Origin: Oligoflexales bacterium
GTDB taxonomy: Bacteria; Bdellovibrionota_B; Oligoflexia; Oligoflexales; JAPPIL01
Length of the DNA stretch: 64,000 nucleotides
Assembly (NCBI GenBank): GCA_965215515.1
Contig: OZ244057.1
Span: 1,248,001-1,312,000 of the forward strand
Reading direction: 5' to 3'
Below the pieces are notes generated by a model. The model was given only the letters and a program-made list of their open reading frames with translations. It had not been told where the DNA came from and searched no databases. Shown here in pieces: positions 39,358-48,323 of this stretch; position 1 is the stretch's first letter; every line of letters starts with the position of its first letter. The position numbers were made by a program, and so were the translations under genes.

Positions 39358-40387
39358 GGCAACGTTTTTTGATTCTTTCTACCAGTGTCGTGCGCTTCAA
39401 GCCGAGCAGGCGTGCCGCGCGGTTTTTATTGTTGCCTGTACTCCGCAAGGCTTCGATGATGTATTGGTTTTCGAGATGTTGCACATGCTCGCTGAGTTTG
39501 AAGCCAGGATCGCCGAAGGCACTCGCACTCGCCCCGCGACGCGGCACGCGCAACGCAGGAGATGCGCTCGCTGATGGCGACGCGGGCAACTCAGGCGGGT
39601 GTCGGAACTCGGCGGGCAAATGCTCGCTGTGCAACTCACCTCCGCCCGTAGTGAGAATGAGACGCTCGACCAGGTTTTGCAGCTGACGCACATTGCCAGG
39701 CCAGCGATAGTCACGCAACAGGGCGACGGTGGTCGCGTGAAAGAAACACGGAGTCGCGGGTGCACAGCTGCGGTTGTAGATTTTTAAAAAGTGTAACAAC
39801 AGGTCTTCGATGTCTTCTTTACGCTCTCGTAACGGGGGGATATGGACAGGCAAAGCGTTGAGACGATAGTAGAGGTCGAGCCTGAACTTTTCACCGTCCC
39901 GAATTGCCTCCTCCAAATCGATGTTGGTAGCCGCGATAATCCGCACATCCGCCGTCTTGGTCTCCGTGCCTCCTAGTCTGATGTATTTTTTTTCCTGCAA
40001 CACCCGTAACAACTTCGATTGCAGGTGCAAGGTCATATCCCCGATCTCGTCGAGAAAGACCGTGCCACCCGTCGCTAACTCAAAATAGCCGCGGCGAGTA
40101 CGATCCGCCCCTGTAAATGCCCCCTTCTCATGCCCGAACAGTTCTGATTCCAGCAAATTCTCTGGGATGGCACTGCAGTTGATGGCCAACATCCGCCGCT
40201 TGCGACGTGCCGAGAGCCGATGCACCGCCGCGGCGATCAATTCCTTGCCCGTACCGCTCTCGCCCTGGATCAGCACGCCGCTGTCAGAGGAAGCGATGCG
40301 TGTCACCAAATCCAACACTCGCTGTAACCCCGCACTGCACCCCACAATTTCTGGAAACAGATCACCCCGTGCTACCCTATCCTCCAT
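39347..40387 (-). CDS. Sigma54 enhancer-binding protein (AAA+ plus Fis-HTH) with no N-terminal regulatory domain
   Basis: GESGTGKE, ESELFGHEKGAFTGA, FLDEIG, RLDLYYRLN, WPGNVRQL, NKNRAARLLGLKRTTL. Confidence 0.92.
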   Translation of the reverse strand: MEDRVARGDLFPEIVGCSAGLQRVLDLVTRIASSDSGVLIQGESGTGKELIAAAVHRLSARRKRRMLAINCSAIPENLLESELFGHEKGAFTGADRTRRGYFELATGGTVFLDEIGDMTLHLQSKLLRVLQEKKYIRLGGTETKTADVRIIAATNIDLEEAIRDGEKFRLDLYYRLNALPVHIPPLRERKEDIEDLLLHFLKIYNRSCAPATPCFFHATTVALLRDYRWPGNVRQLQNLVERLILTTGGGELHSEHLPAEFRHPPELPASPSASASPALRVPRRGASASAFGDPGFKLSEHVQHLENQYIIEALRSTGNNKNRAARLLGLKRTTLVERIKKRCLRV

Positions 40388-40658
40388 GCGTTACCTCAGT
40401 GCTGCGCAGAAAAAGATACAACACGCGTGTCCTTCACCCATCGAACCCACCTCTGCTGGTCTCTATGTTGATGAAATATACTCTGGCAAGCGAAGAGAGA
40501 TGCCGAAAGCAGCACCTGATTAGATTATAGCAAACCTACCGCCATCCACGCAACTACCCGACTGGGCACAGATTTTATCGATCATATCTTGCTGATTATA
40601 TTTATTTTTTCTTAAAATACTTTACTTTTCTTTAAAAATGCTCTAAACTGCGGCTGTT

Positions 40659-41237
40659 ATGAGGCAGGTATTTTTAGCTCTTCTATCACTGACAGTACTG
40701 CTGGGTTGCGGCGGTGGCTTTTTTGTCGCTAAGGTTAAGCAGTATTATTTTGCCATAGAGCCCGCGACAAGCGAAAATCGCGCTATTTTCAGCAAGTTAT
40801 TTGAAGAGTTAAACGAGCGTTGCAATGCTCCATATCTCAATATCGTGCGCCGCGGTGCGTTGTCTGCCAGTGGCATATCAACGATCACCGTAAGTTCTGG
40901 TCTACGGAAAGTCGACAATAAACTGGGGTGGGGGCGTTGGATAAGAACTACCAAGCTGAACAGCCGTCGTGGTTTTCTCCAGCGACCGCATAAGGTGCGT
41001 AAAGACATCTACACGATGGAGCTAGAGTTCGATCGTGAATTCATGCAGGAACACGCCCGTGCGAGGAACGAAGCAAAATACTCGCGCTGGCGCACGCTAT
41101 TCCTGCACGAGCTGGGGCATGGGTTTCAAATGGGTCACGACCCTGAACGCTCTTCGGTTATGTACAGTCGGATCACCAGCGGCTACAAGGATTACGATAC
41201 GTTCTACGAAAGAGCTTATAACTTCTTGCGCAACTAG
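40659..41237 (+). CDS. Matrixin-like (M10) zinc metalloprotease lipoprotein
   Basis: LLGC lipobox; HELGHGFQMGH zinc motif, SVMY Met-turn. Confidence 0.8.
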   Translation: MRQVFLALLSLTVLLGCGGGFFVAKVKQYYFAIEPATSENRAIFSKLFEELNERCNAPYLNIVRRGALSASGISTITVSSGLRKVDNKLGWGRWIRTTKLNSRRGFLQRPHKVRKDIYTMELEFDREFMQEHARARNEAKYSRWRTLFLHELGHGFQMGHDPERSSVMYSRITSGYKDYDTFYERAYNFLRN

Positions 41238-41313
41238 ACCATCGCGGTAAGACTGGTGGCTATTCATCTGAGCCATGATGCCGCGTGCCTATCGTCGTGT
41301 TGTGCGAGCGGCA

Positions 41314-41637
41314 CTATCTGATTTTGCTAAGCAAACTCTCGATGTGTGTCGCGTGTTCGATACTGGTATCGTAGAAAAACCGCAACTCAGGCACGCGTTT
41401 GACATCGAGTACTCGTGCCAGTCTGCGCCGCAGAAAACCGCCCGCTCCTTTCAGTGCTGCCAAGGTCGGACGATGATCGTTGCACAGCGTGCGGAAGTAG
41501 ACCGTAGCGATCTGGAGGTCGGCACTGAGGTTGACGTGAGTGACGGTTACGTCTTGCAGACGCGGGTCGCGCAGTTCGGTGGTGAGGTTGATCGCGACGG
41601 TGTCCCTGATCTGATCGGCGAGTCGTATCGCACGCAT
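41314..41637 (-). CDS. rbfA: Ribosome-binding factor A
   Basis: LRDPRL, VTVTHV..SADL..A.VY, PELRFFYD; follows infB. Confidence 0.92.
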   Translation of the reverse strand: MRAIRLADQIRDTVAINLTTELRDPRLQDVTVTHVNLSADLQIATVYFRTLCNDHRPTLAALKGAGGFLRRRLARVLDVKRVPELRFFYDTSIEHATHIESLLSKIR

Positions 41638-41698
41638 GCATCACTCCCGCACGGCAGTGTGGTTTCGTTGTCGTGCCGTGCAATCTTCTGAACACTCT

Positions 41699-44167
41699 CT
41701 ATAGCGAGGGTGTTGATTTTTCTTTGAGGTAAACTTCGATAACATCGCCCTCACGAACATCCTGACATCCTTCGATCCCGATTCCGCACTCGTAGCCGAT
41801 CGCTACTTCCCGCACGTCCTCTTTAAAACGTTTCAAAGAACTGACCCGTCCGCGGTGTACAACCGTCGTATCACGCAACAGACGCAGATAGGCATCTCTG
41901 GTAATGCGGCCTGAGGTGACGGAAGAACCCGCAATTAGCCCGACACGCGGAATACTGATGGGGTTGCGCACCTCTGCCTGACCGATGACGACCTCGCTGA
42001 CCTCTGGGGGCAGCAACCCCACCATCAGCAGACGCACCGCATCGATAATCTCGTAGATGACCGAGAAATAGCCGATCTCTACCCCCCGTCTACGGGCTAA
42101 ATCCTCGATATTCTTGTGAGCACGTACGTTGAAGGCGATGATCGTCGCCTCAGAAGCAGAAGCTAGCGTAATGTCGGATTCGACCACTGCACCGACTGCT
42201 TGATGCATGATTTTATTCTCTACCTTGTCGGATTTAATATCCAGCAGTGCCCCTACCACCGCTTCTACCGAACCCTGCGTATCGGCTTTGACGATCAGCG
42301 GCAGCTGCGGAGTCTCCGCTTGGAGGGATTTACTGAGCAGTTCGTCGAGGGCATTGCTTTCTTCCTCTCCTTCTGTGACAGGTGGTGGTGCGTGCTCACG
42401 CTTGCTCTCGTCTCGGGCACGCTCGTTTTCGTCCCGATACCACGCGCTGATTTCCTTCGCAATCTTCTCCTTGCGTGTCGCGGTAAAGGGATCGCCGACC
42501 GCGGGGACTTGCGCAAAACCAGTCACTTGCACGGGAGTGGACACCTTCGCCTGCTGCAAGGGTTTGCCGCGATGATCGGCCATGGCACGTACCCGTGCGT
42601 AGCCTGATGCTGTCGCCACATAATCGCCGCGCTGCAGCGTACCGCTCTGCACAATTATTGTGGCCACTGCCCCGCGATGTTTATCGAGATGTGCTTCGAT
42701 CACTGTTCCTGTCGGCGCATCTTCGTAATCGGCTTGCAGATCCATCACCTCTGCCTGCAGCAACGCGGCCTCCAACAAGGTGTCGATGCCGATGTTGTTC
42801 TTCGCTGAAACTTCCACACACTGCACTTCGCCGCCCCATTTTTCAACCTGCACACCACGTTCTGACAGTTCGCCGAAGATACGATCGAGGTTCTTGTCGG
42901 GCTTGTCGATTTTGTTCAAGGCCACGATGATCGGCACGTCGGCATTACGGGCGTGCTCGATCGACTCGACTGTCTGCGGCATAACGCCGTCATCGGCAGC
43001 CACGACAAGAATAACGATGTCGGTCACTTCGGCACCCCGCACCCGCATGGCACTGAACGCCTCGTGTCCTGGGGTGTCGATGAAAGTGACAGACTTGCCG
43101 CTCACGTCTACCGTGTAGGCCCCGATGTGTTGCGTGATGCCACCTGCTTCGCCTTCGGCAACGTTGGTTTTGCGCACTGCATCGAGAATAGATGTTTTGC
43201 CGTGATCGACGTGCCCCATCACTGTCACTACGGGAGGGCGTTCGCGCAGAGCAGCTGCTTCATTCCGCACTGGCAGTCCCAGAATGTCACGCAGGGTACG
43301 CAGATTACTCTGCACCTCGAAGTTGTAGGTGGTGGCAACCAGTGTCGCGGCATCGAAATCGATCTCGGTATCGACGTTTGCCTCAATGCCGTCTTCCGCC
43401 AATCGCTGGATAACTTCTTTCGCCTTGACGCGCAGCTGTCGTGCCAACGACCCTACGGTGATACTCTCCCCCATCCTGATGAGGCGATAGGCGGCCTTGG
43501 AGGTGGTGATGAGTGTTTTACGTAAATTTTTCTTACGTTTCAGGTCACGTTTTTTAACTGTACCTGTCGGTACATAGACGGTTTTTGTTACGGGAGCGGC
43601 GGGACGTGTGCTCGATTCTTCTGTATCCGCCATCGCATCGATATCGTCTTCCATGTTGCGGAGAATTTCACGGGTGCGTGCCGCGGTCGCCCGTCTACTC
43701 TTGCCTGCCGATTTAACCTTGCCATACGTCTCCGCCGTGACAGGTGTCTTGTCGGGTGTCACCTGCTCAGCCGCGGTGGACGGGGTGGTCTCAGCAGTTG
43801 GTTCGACGGGCACAGTCGTCGCCACGACAGGCTCGACAGTGGGCGGTGCTTTTTCCTCCTCAGTGACTGGTGCGGGGGGGGGGACTGTCGAGGCGGGTGA
43901 ACTCGCCTCTGGCTCGAGAGCGGGTGTTTTGCTCCCCGCAGTCGCCGCGCTTTCGTCGCGTTTACGTCGCCGAATTAAAACCTTCGGGCGGACGGGCGCA
44001 GCGGTCTCTTTTTTGCGATAAGACACCTTAATCTTTTCGATCTGTGCAGGTGTCAGAGTACTCTGGTGGCTGACGACAACGATGTCGAGCGACTTCATGC
44101 GTTGCAGCAGGACCCTGCTTTCAACCTGCAACTCCTTCGCCAGCTGATGCACCCGCACCCTAGACAT
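41699..44167 (-). CDS. infB: Translation initiation factor IF-2
   Basis: RPPVVTVMGHVDHGKT, GGITQHIGA, DTPGHEAF, NKID, SLKRFKEDV. Confidence 0.98.
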   Translation of the reverse strand: MSRVRVHQLAKELQVESRVLLQRMKSLDIVVVSHQSTLTPAQIEKIKVSYRKKETAAPVRPKVLIRRRKRDESAATAGSKTPALEPEASSPASTVPPPAPVTEEEKAPPTVEPVVATTVPVEPTAETTPSTAAEQVTPDKTPVTAETYGKVKSAGKSRRATAARTREILRNMEDDIDAMADTEESSTRPAAPVTKTVYVPTGTVKKRDLKRKKNLRKTLITTSKAAYRLIRMGESITVGSLARQLRVKAKEVIQRLAEDGIEANVDTEIDFDAATLVATTYNFEVQSNLRTLRDILGLPVRNEAAALRERPPVVTVMGHVDHGKTSILDAVRKTNVAEGEAGGITQHIGAYTVDVSGKSVTFIDTPGHEAFSAMRVRGAEVTDIVILVVAADDGVMPQTVESIEHARNADVPIIVALNKIDKPDKNLDRIFGELSERGVQVEKWGGEVQCVEVSAKNNIGIDTLLEAALLQAEVMDLQADYEDAPTGTVIEAHLDKHRGAVATIIVQSGTLQRGDYVATASGYARVRAMADHRGKPLQQAKVSTPVQVTGFAQVPAVGDPFTATRKEKIAKEISAWYRDENERARDESKREHAPPPVTEGEEESNALDELLSKSLQAETPQLPLIVKADTQGSVEAVVGALLDIKSDKVENKIMHQAVGAVVESDITLASASEATIIAFNVRAHKNIEDLARRRGVEIGYFSVIYEIIDAVRLLMVGLLPPEVSEVVIGQAEVRNPISIPRVGLIAGSSVTSGRITRDAYLRLLRDTTVVHRGRVSSLKRFKEDVREVAIGYECGIGIEGCQDVREGDVIEVYLKEKSTPSL

Positions 44168-44215
44168 ACCTCAATCCCTTCCGCGGTCACAGACCCCAGA
44201 CACTCCCCGAACTTG

Positions 44216-45799
44216 CTAAGTGCTTGGTTTTTTTTCTTCAGACTGTTCTTGCATGTATCTGTCAGCGGCAATCTGCACCGTTCGAGCAATACCTAAGGGG
44301 ATGTTGGCTTTCTCGGCCACTTCATCGGCTGAATCAGCGATAATGTCGCCGATGGTCGCGTACCCCGCATCAGCCAGTGCGGTCGCCTGAGCTTCCCCCA
44401 CGCCTTTGAGTTTCAGAAACATTTCGACGCGCTCATCTTTGCCCGCGTCGTCTTTTTCCTTTGCTGCCAGTGCGGGGTCGAACACGGCGTTGGCCAGCAG
44501 TTCTTCTGTCTCCTCGTCCAACGGCTCGGCTGGTGCCGCCGCAGGTGTTGTTATGTCGGTCTGTGCCGCAGCCGCGATGATCCGTGCGGCTGTTTTTTCG
44601 TCGAGGTTGAGCAAACGCATCAGTGCGCTCGTCTCCAGCTCGGCCACGTCGGCAGGTGCTTTGATTCCTTCCCGCACCAGAATTTCCGCCTGCATTGCAC
44701 CGAGCCCTTCCACTGTCCCCAGCGTATTTTTGACCTCATCGAGCTGTGATTTGAGTTTTGATTCGCTCTTAATGTCCAGCCGCCAACCCGTCATCTGTGC
44801 GGCGAGCGAGACATTCTGTCCTTTCTTCCCGATGGCTAGGGACAGCTGGTCGTCGGCAACGATCACCTCCATGTTGCGGTTCTCTTCATCCACGATAACT
44901 TTGGAAACGACCGCGGGGGCGAGGGCGTTGCATACCAGTCTGGCAGGATCCTTATCCCAAGGGATGATGTCGATTTTTTCACCGTTCAATTCCGAGACCA
45001 CTGCCTGCACACGCATTCCTTTCAAGCCAACACAAGCGCCGACAGGATCGACGGAGTTGTCGCGGGAGTAGACGGCGATCTTGGAACGTCGGCCAGGGTC
45101 GCGTGCCGCGCTCTCGATGGAAACGATCCCGTCATAGATTTCTGTCACTTGCTGGGCGAACAGTGCGGTCATGAACTTGACGCAACCCCGCGACATGATG
45201 ATCTGCGGGCCGCGTGAGGCACGGCGCACGTCCACGACGTAGCCTTGCACCCGATCTTTGACGCGATACTTCTCGTTAGGAATCTGTTCCCGCCAGGGGA
45301 TGGTGGCTTCGGTGCGACCGAGATCGATGATGATGTCGTTTTTCTCGATGCGGCGCACGTGGCCGCTCATGATTTCATCGACGCGATCTTTGAACTCCTC
45401 GTATATCTGGGCACGCTCTGCGTCACGCACCTTCTGCACGATAATCTGCTTGGCCTGCTGAGCCGCGATACGTCCAAAGCCAGAGGTGTCGATCTTGATC
45501 CCCACCGAGTCGCCTAGCTCGGTGCTGTCGTCGTGACCTTTCGCCTCTTCGAGCGTGATTTCGGTCTCCTTGTCCGTAACCTCCTGTACCACCGTGCGAA
45601 ACTGATACAACTCGATTTCGTTGCCCTCTTCGTCAAAGTGGGCTTCGAGATCGGCATTCAAGCCATAGTCTCGCCGCGCGGCATGAATCATCGCCTGTTC
45701 CAATGCGTCGACGATAATCGCCCGATCGATGTTCTTATCCTTGCTGACCGCGGCGATGACCCGCCCAAGATCTAGGTCAGCTTCGTTTGCTGTCGTCAT
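44216..45799 (-). CDS. nusA: Transcription termination/antitermination factor NusA
   Basis: FGRIAAQQAKQ, ARDPGRRSKIAV, DPVGACVG, SLAIGKKGQNV; C-terminal HhH repeats. Confidence 0.97.
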   Translation of the reverse strand: MTTANEADLDLGRVIAAVSKDKNIDRAIIVDALEQAMIHAARRDYGLNADLEAHFDEEGNEIELYQFRTVVQEVTDKETEITLEEAKGHDDSTELGDSVGIKIDTSGFGRIAAQQAKQIIVQKVRDAERAQIYEEFKDRVDEIMSGHVRRIEKNDIIIDLGRTEATIPWREQIPNEKYRVKDRVQGYVVDVRRASRGPQIIMSRGCVKFMTALFAQQVTEIYDGIVSIESAARDPGRRSKIAVYSRDNSVDPVGACVGLKGMRVQAVVSELNGEKIDIIPWDKDPARLVCNALAPAVVSKVIVDEENRNMEVIVADDQLSLAIGKKGQNVSLAAQMTGWRLDIKSESKLKSQLDEVKNTLGTVEGLGAMQAEILVREGIKAPADVAELETSALMRLLNLDEKTAARIIAAAAQTDITTPAAAPAEPLDEETEELLANAVFDPALAAKEKDDAGKDERVEMFLKLKGVGEAQATALADAGYATIGDIIADSADEVAEKANIPLGIARTVQIAADRYMQEQSEEKKPST

Positions 45800-45904
45800 A
45801 AATTGTTACCGCAGTCAGTTATCGCGCCCACTAGCCACGCGGCAGCACGAGTTAAGTTTGGCAGTTTCAGCCAGCGATAGCAACGATTAATCGCACCGCA
45901 CGGC

Positions 45905-45934
45905 ACTATAACAAAAGAGGGGGCAAATCTTCAA
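45905..45934 (-). promoter_or_regulatory. Putative sigma70 promoter for nusA operon
   Basis: Minus strand TTGAAG-N18-TATAGT with extended TGn. Confidence 0.45.
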
Positions 45935-45986
45935 TCAGCTTTGTCAAATTAAGTATAAATTAACCGCATAGGGGCGATGGACGAAG

Positions 45987-46059
45987 CTCCCCGGAACGGA
46001 TTCGAACCGCTGACAGGGTGGTTAACAGCCACCTGCTCTACCACCTGAGCTACCGGGGA
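45987..46059 (-). tRNA. tRNA-Asn(GTT)
   Basis: TCCCCGGTAGCTCAGGTGGTAGAGCAGGTGGCTGTTAACCACC...GGTTCGAATCC...CCGGGGAG; CCA not encoded. Confidence 0.95.
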
Positions 46060-46197
46060 TGGGGGTAACATAGAGGAGGGCATAGCCTCTGTCAAGTGTC
46101 TCGTCGGGTGTGTGCTGTGCCTTTAGGCGTTGCTTTTCTTGCCAACTGTGTTTACCTTGGGCCTGGGTGTGTTTGTTTTTCAACATGGAGAGCGATT

Positions 46198-46401
46198 TTG
46201 CCTGGCATTCATATCGGGTCTAACCAGCCGTTTGATTCTGCGCTGCGGTTTTTCAAAAAACAAGTCGAGAAGGCAGGGATTATCTCGGAATTAAAAAAAC
46301 GCCGCCACTACGAGAAACCCTCGATGAGACTGAAGAAAAAATCCATCGCGGCGCGCAAGCGGGCACTCAAGAATATGCGTCGCTTTGGGTATCTGGATTG
46401 A
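46198..46401 (+). CDS. rpsU: 30S ribosomal protein S21
   Basis: TTG start after GGAG; FDSALRFFKKQVEKAGIISELKKRRHYEKPS. Confidence 0.95.
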   Translation: MPGIHIGSNQPFDSALRFFKKQVEKAGIISELKKRRHYEKPSMRLKKKSIAARKRALKNMRRFGYLD

Positions 46402-46460
46402 GAGCACGGCATGATGCCAAGCACGGTCGCTGATAAAATCTAGGTTGCTCTCGCCAGCCA

Positions 46461-46534
46461 GGTGCCGTACCGAAGTGGCCTAACGGGGGGCATTGCAAAT
46501 GCCTTCGTCGTCGGTTCGAATCCGACCGGCACCT
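46461..46534 (+). tRNA. tRNA-Cys(GCA)
   Basis: GGTGCCG acceptor stem, GGGCA-TTGCAAA-TGCCT anticodon arm, GGTTCGAATCC, U discriminator; CCA not encoded. Confidence 0.92.
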
Positions 46535-46570
46535 CTTTTGTCGCGATATGCACGCTGAGTAGGGTTGTCG

Positions 46571-47092
46571 ATGAAATTAAGAATCCTAATGGTCATCCTC
46601 CTCATCTCCGCCTACGCGTTCGCCGCGCCGTATATCACGGCGAACCGTATGCTGAAAGCATTGCGCCACCACGATGCAGAAACACTGCAGGAGTATATCG
46701 AATTTGACGCAGTGCGGCAGGGCGTGCGTCGGCAACTAAAACACGTACTGCAACAGCAAGTACCTGGGTTTTGGCGGAGAGTGATCCTGGATGCGATCGG
46801 AGCGGAGCAGAGAGAGATGAACGTCGCAGAGATAATCGATCACACGATCACCGCCGACAGCCTGACAAACTTCTTGCAGCGTCTCAAGGATCAAAGACAG
46901 CTCGATGTGCCGCAGGACTTGTTCGCCGATGTCTCTATGAGTTGGCGCGGTCTCGGACGTTTCGCAGTGACAATCAGACGCAACCGCGCCGTCGACTTTA
47001 TTCTCGTGCGACGCGGGTTCGGCTGGCGACTGGTCGATGTCATCCTACCCCTGCCAGATCGTTGGCAAGGTCTACAGCGTTTGGGGATGTAG
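46571..47092 (+). CDS. DUF2939-like membrane-anchored protein
   Basis: APYIT...D...L..YIEFDAVRQGVRRQL ... RRGFGWRLVDV pattern. Confidence 0.7.
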   Translation: MKLRILMVILLISAYAFAAPYITANRMLKALRHHDAETLQEYIEFDAVRQGVRRQLKHVLQQQVPGFWRRVILDAIGAEQREMNVAEIIDHTITADSLTNFLQRLKDQRQLDVPQDLFADVSMSWRGLGRFAVTIRRNRAVDFILVRRGFGWRLVDVILPLPDRWQGLQRLGM

Positions 47093-47116
47093 TCAGCAGG
47101 CGCTCAGAGAACACGC

Positions 47117-48205
47117 ATGGCTAACACCTTCGGCAGACTATTTCGCATCACAACCTACGGCGAGTCACACGGCGAAGCAGTCGGGGTGGTGATCGACGGT
47201 TGCCCTCCCCGTATAAAAGTATCGCGGGAGATAGTGCAACACTGCCTCGATCAACGCCGCCCTGGACAACGTGCATTGACCTCGCCACGCCGCGAAGCAG
47301 ATCGTGTCGAAATACTGTCAGGAATCGAACAGGAACATACCCTGGGTTCACCCATCGCCATGCTGGTGCGTAATCGCGATATGCGTCGGCGCGACTACCG
47401 AGCCGACGTGCTGCGCCCCTCACATGCCGACTTTACCTACCTGGCCAAGTACGGCATCAAAACAGCGAGCGGTGGCGGACGTGCCAGTGCACGTGAAACG
47501 GTGGGGAGAGTCGCCGCGGGCGCAGTCGCCCAGCAGGTGCTGCAAAAATTCGCCCCCCCACTCACCATCCTCTCCTGGGTTGATCGAGTCAAAGATATCC
47601 ACTGCGATATTTCCCCCTCCCAAAGGCAAAAACTGACCGCCGCCAAGATTGCCCGAGACCCGCTTAACTGCCCCGACCCCGACAAGGCAGCCGCAATGCG
47701 CCAAGTCATCACACAGGCACGCGACGAAGGAGATAGTGTTGGCGGATGTGTCGCAACACTGATTAAAAACTGCCCCGTCGGTCTCGGCGAACCGCTGTTC
47801 GCTAAACTCGATGCCCAGCTCGCCCACGCCATGCTCACCCTTCCCGCCGCCAAAGGTTTCGAACTGGGGTCGGGTTTTCACGGCACAACCCTGTACGGCT
47901 CGCAACACAACGATGCCTTTCTCGCCCGCGCAGGACGAGTACACACCGCCAGCAACCACTCGGGCGGTGTGCAAGGCGGCATCAGCAACGGAGAAGATAT
48001 TTATTTCCGCACCGCCTTCAAACCCGTCTCGACCATCTTTAAGACCCAACAAACGATAGATACCGCCCACCGCACCATCACCTACCAACCCCAGCAAGGT
48101 AGACACGACCCCTGCGTCCTCCCCCGTGCCGTGCCCATCGTCACCGCCATGACCGCACTGGTGCTCACCGATCACCTCCTACTACACCGCAGCGGGAAAA
48201 ATTAA
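47117..48205 (+). CDS. aroC: Chorismate synthase
   Basis: TYGESHG, RPSHAD, GGGRASARET, GGISNGE, GRHDPCV. Confidence 0.97.
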   Translation: MANTFGRLFRITTYGESHGEAVGVVIDGCPPRIKVSREIVQHCLDQRRPGQRALTSPRREADRVEILSGIEQEHTLGSPIAMLVRNRDMRRRDYRADVLRPSHADFTYLAKYGIKTASGGGRASARETVGRVAAGAVAQQVLQKFAPPLTILSWVDRVKDIHCDISPSQRQKLTAAKIARDPLNCPDPDKAAAMRQVITQARDEGDSVGGCVATLIKNCPVGLGEPLFAKLDAQLAHAMLTLPAAKGFELGSGFHGTTLYGSQHNDAFLARAGRVHTASNHSGGVQGGISNGEDIYFRTAFKPVSTIFKTQQTIDTAHRTITYQPQQGRHDPCVLPRAVPIVTAMTALVLTDHLLLHRSGKN

Positions 48206-48267
48206 CCCAAAAACAATTCTAATACCGTGTTGTTAGATATTTTTTATTTAAAAAAGTAATTGTTTTT

Positions 48268-48294
48268 TAAATAAAAAATCATTACTGCCGAATG
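48268..48294 (+). promoter_or_regulatory. Putative sigma28-type promoter
   Basis: TAAA-N15-GCCGAATG. Confidence 0.5.
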
Positions 48295-48323
48295 TGCGTA
48301 TGAAGTTACAGTCAAAGGGAGAG

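Noticed and set aside
40633..40660. TAAA-N16-GCTGTTAT before the matrixin gene
   Set aside because: Poor -10 match that overlaps the start codon
45987..46534. tRNAs as integration sites, and their lack of encoded CCA
   Set aside because: No integrase or duplicated tRNA 3' end seen; non-encoded CCA is common
46462..46707. 81-aa ORF in the track
   Set aside because: Overlaps tRNA-Cys and the DUF2939-like gene
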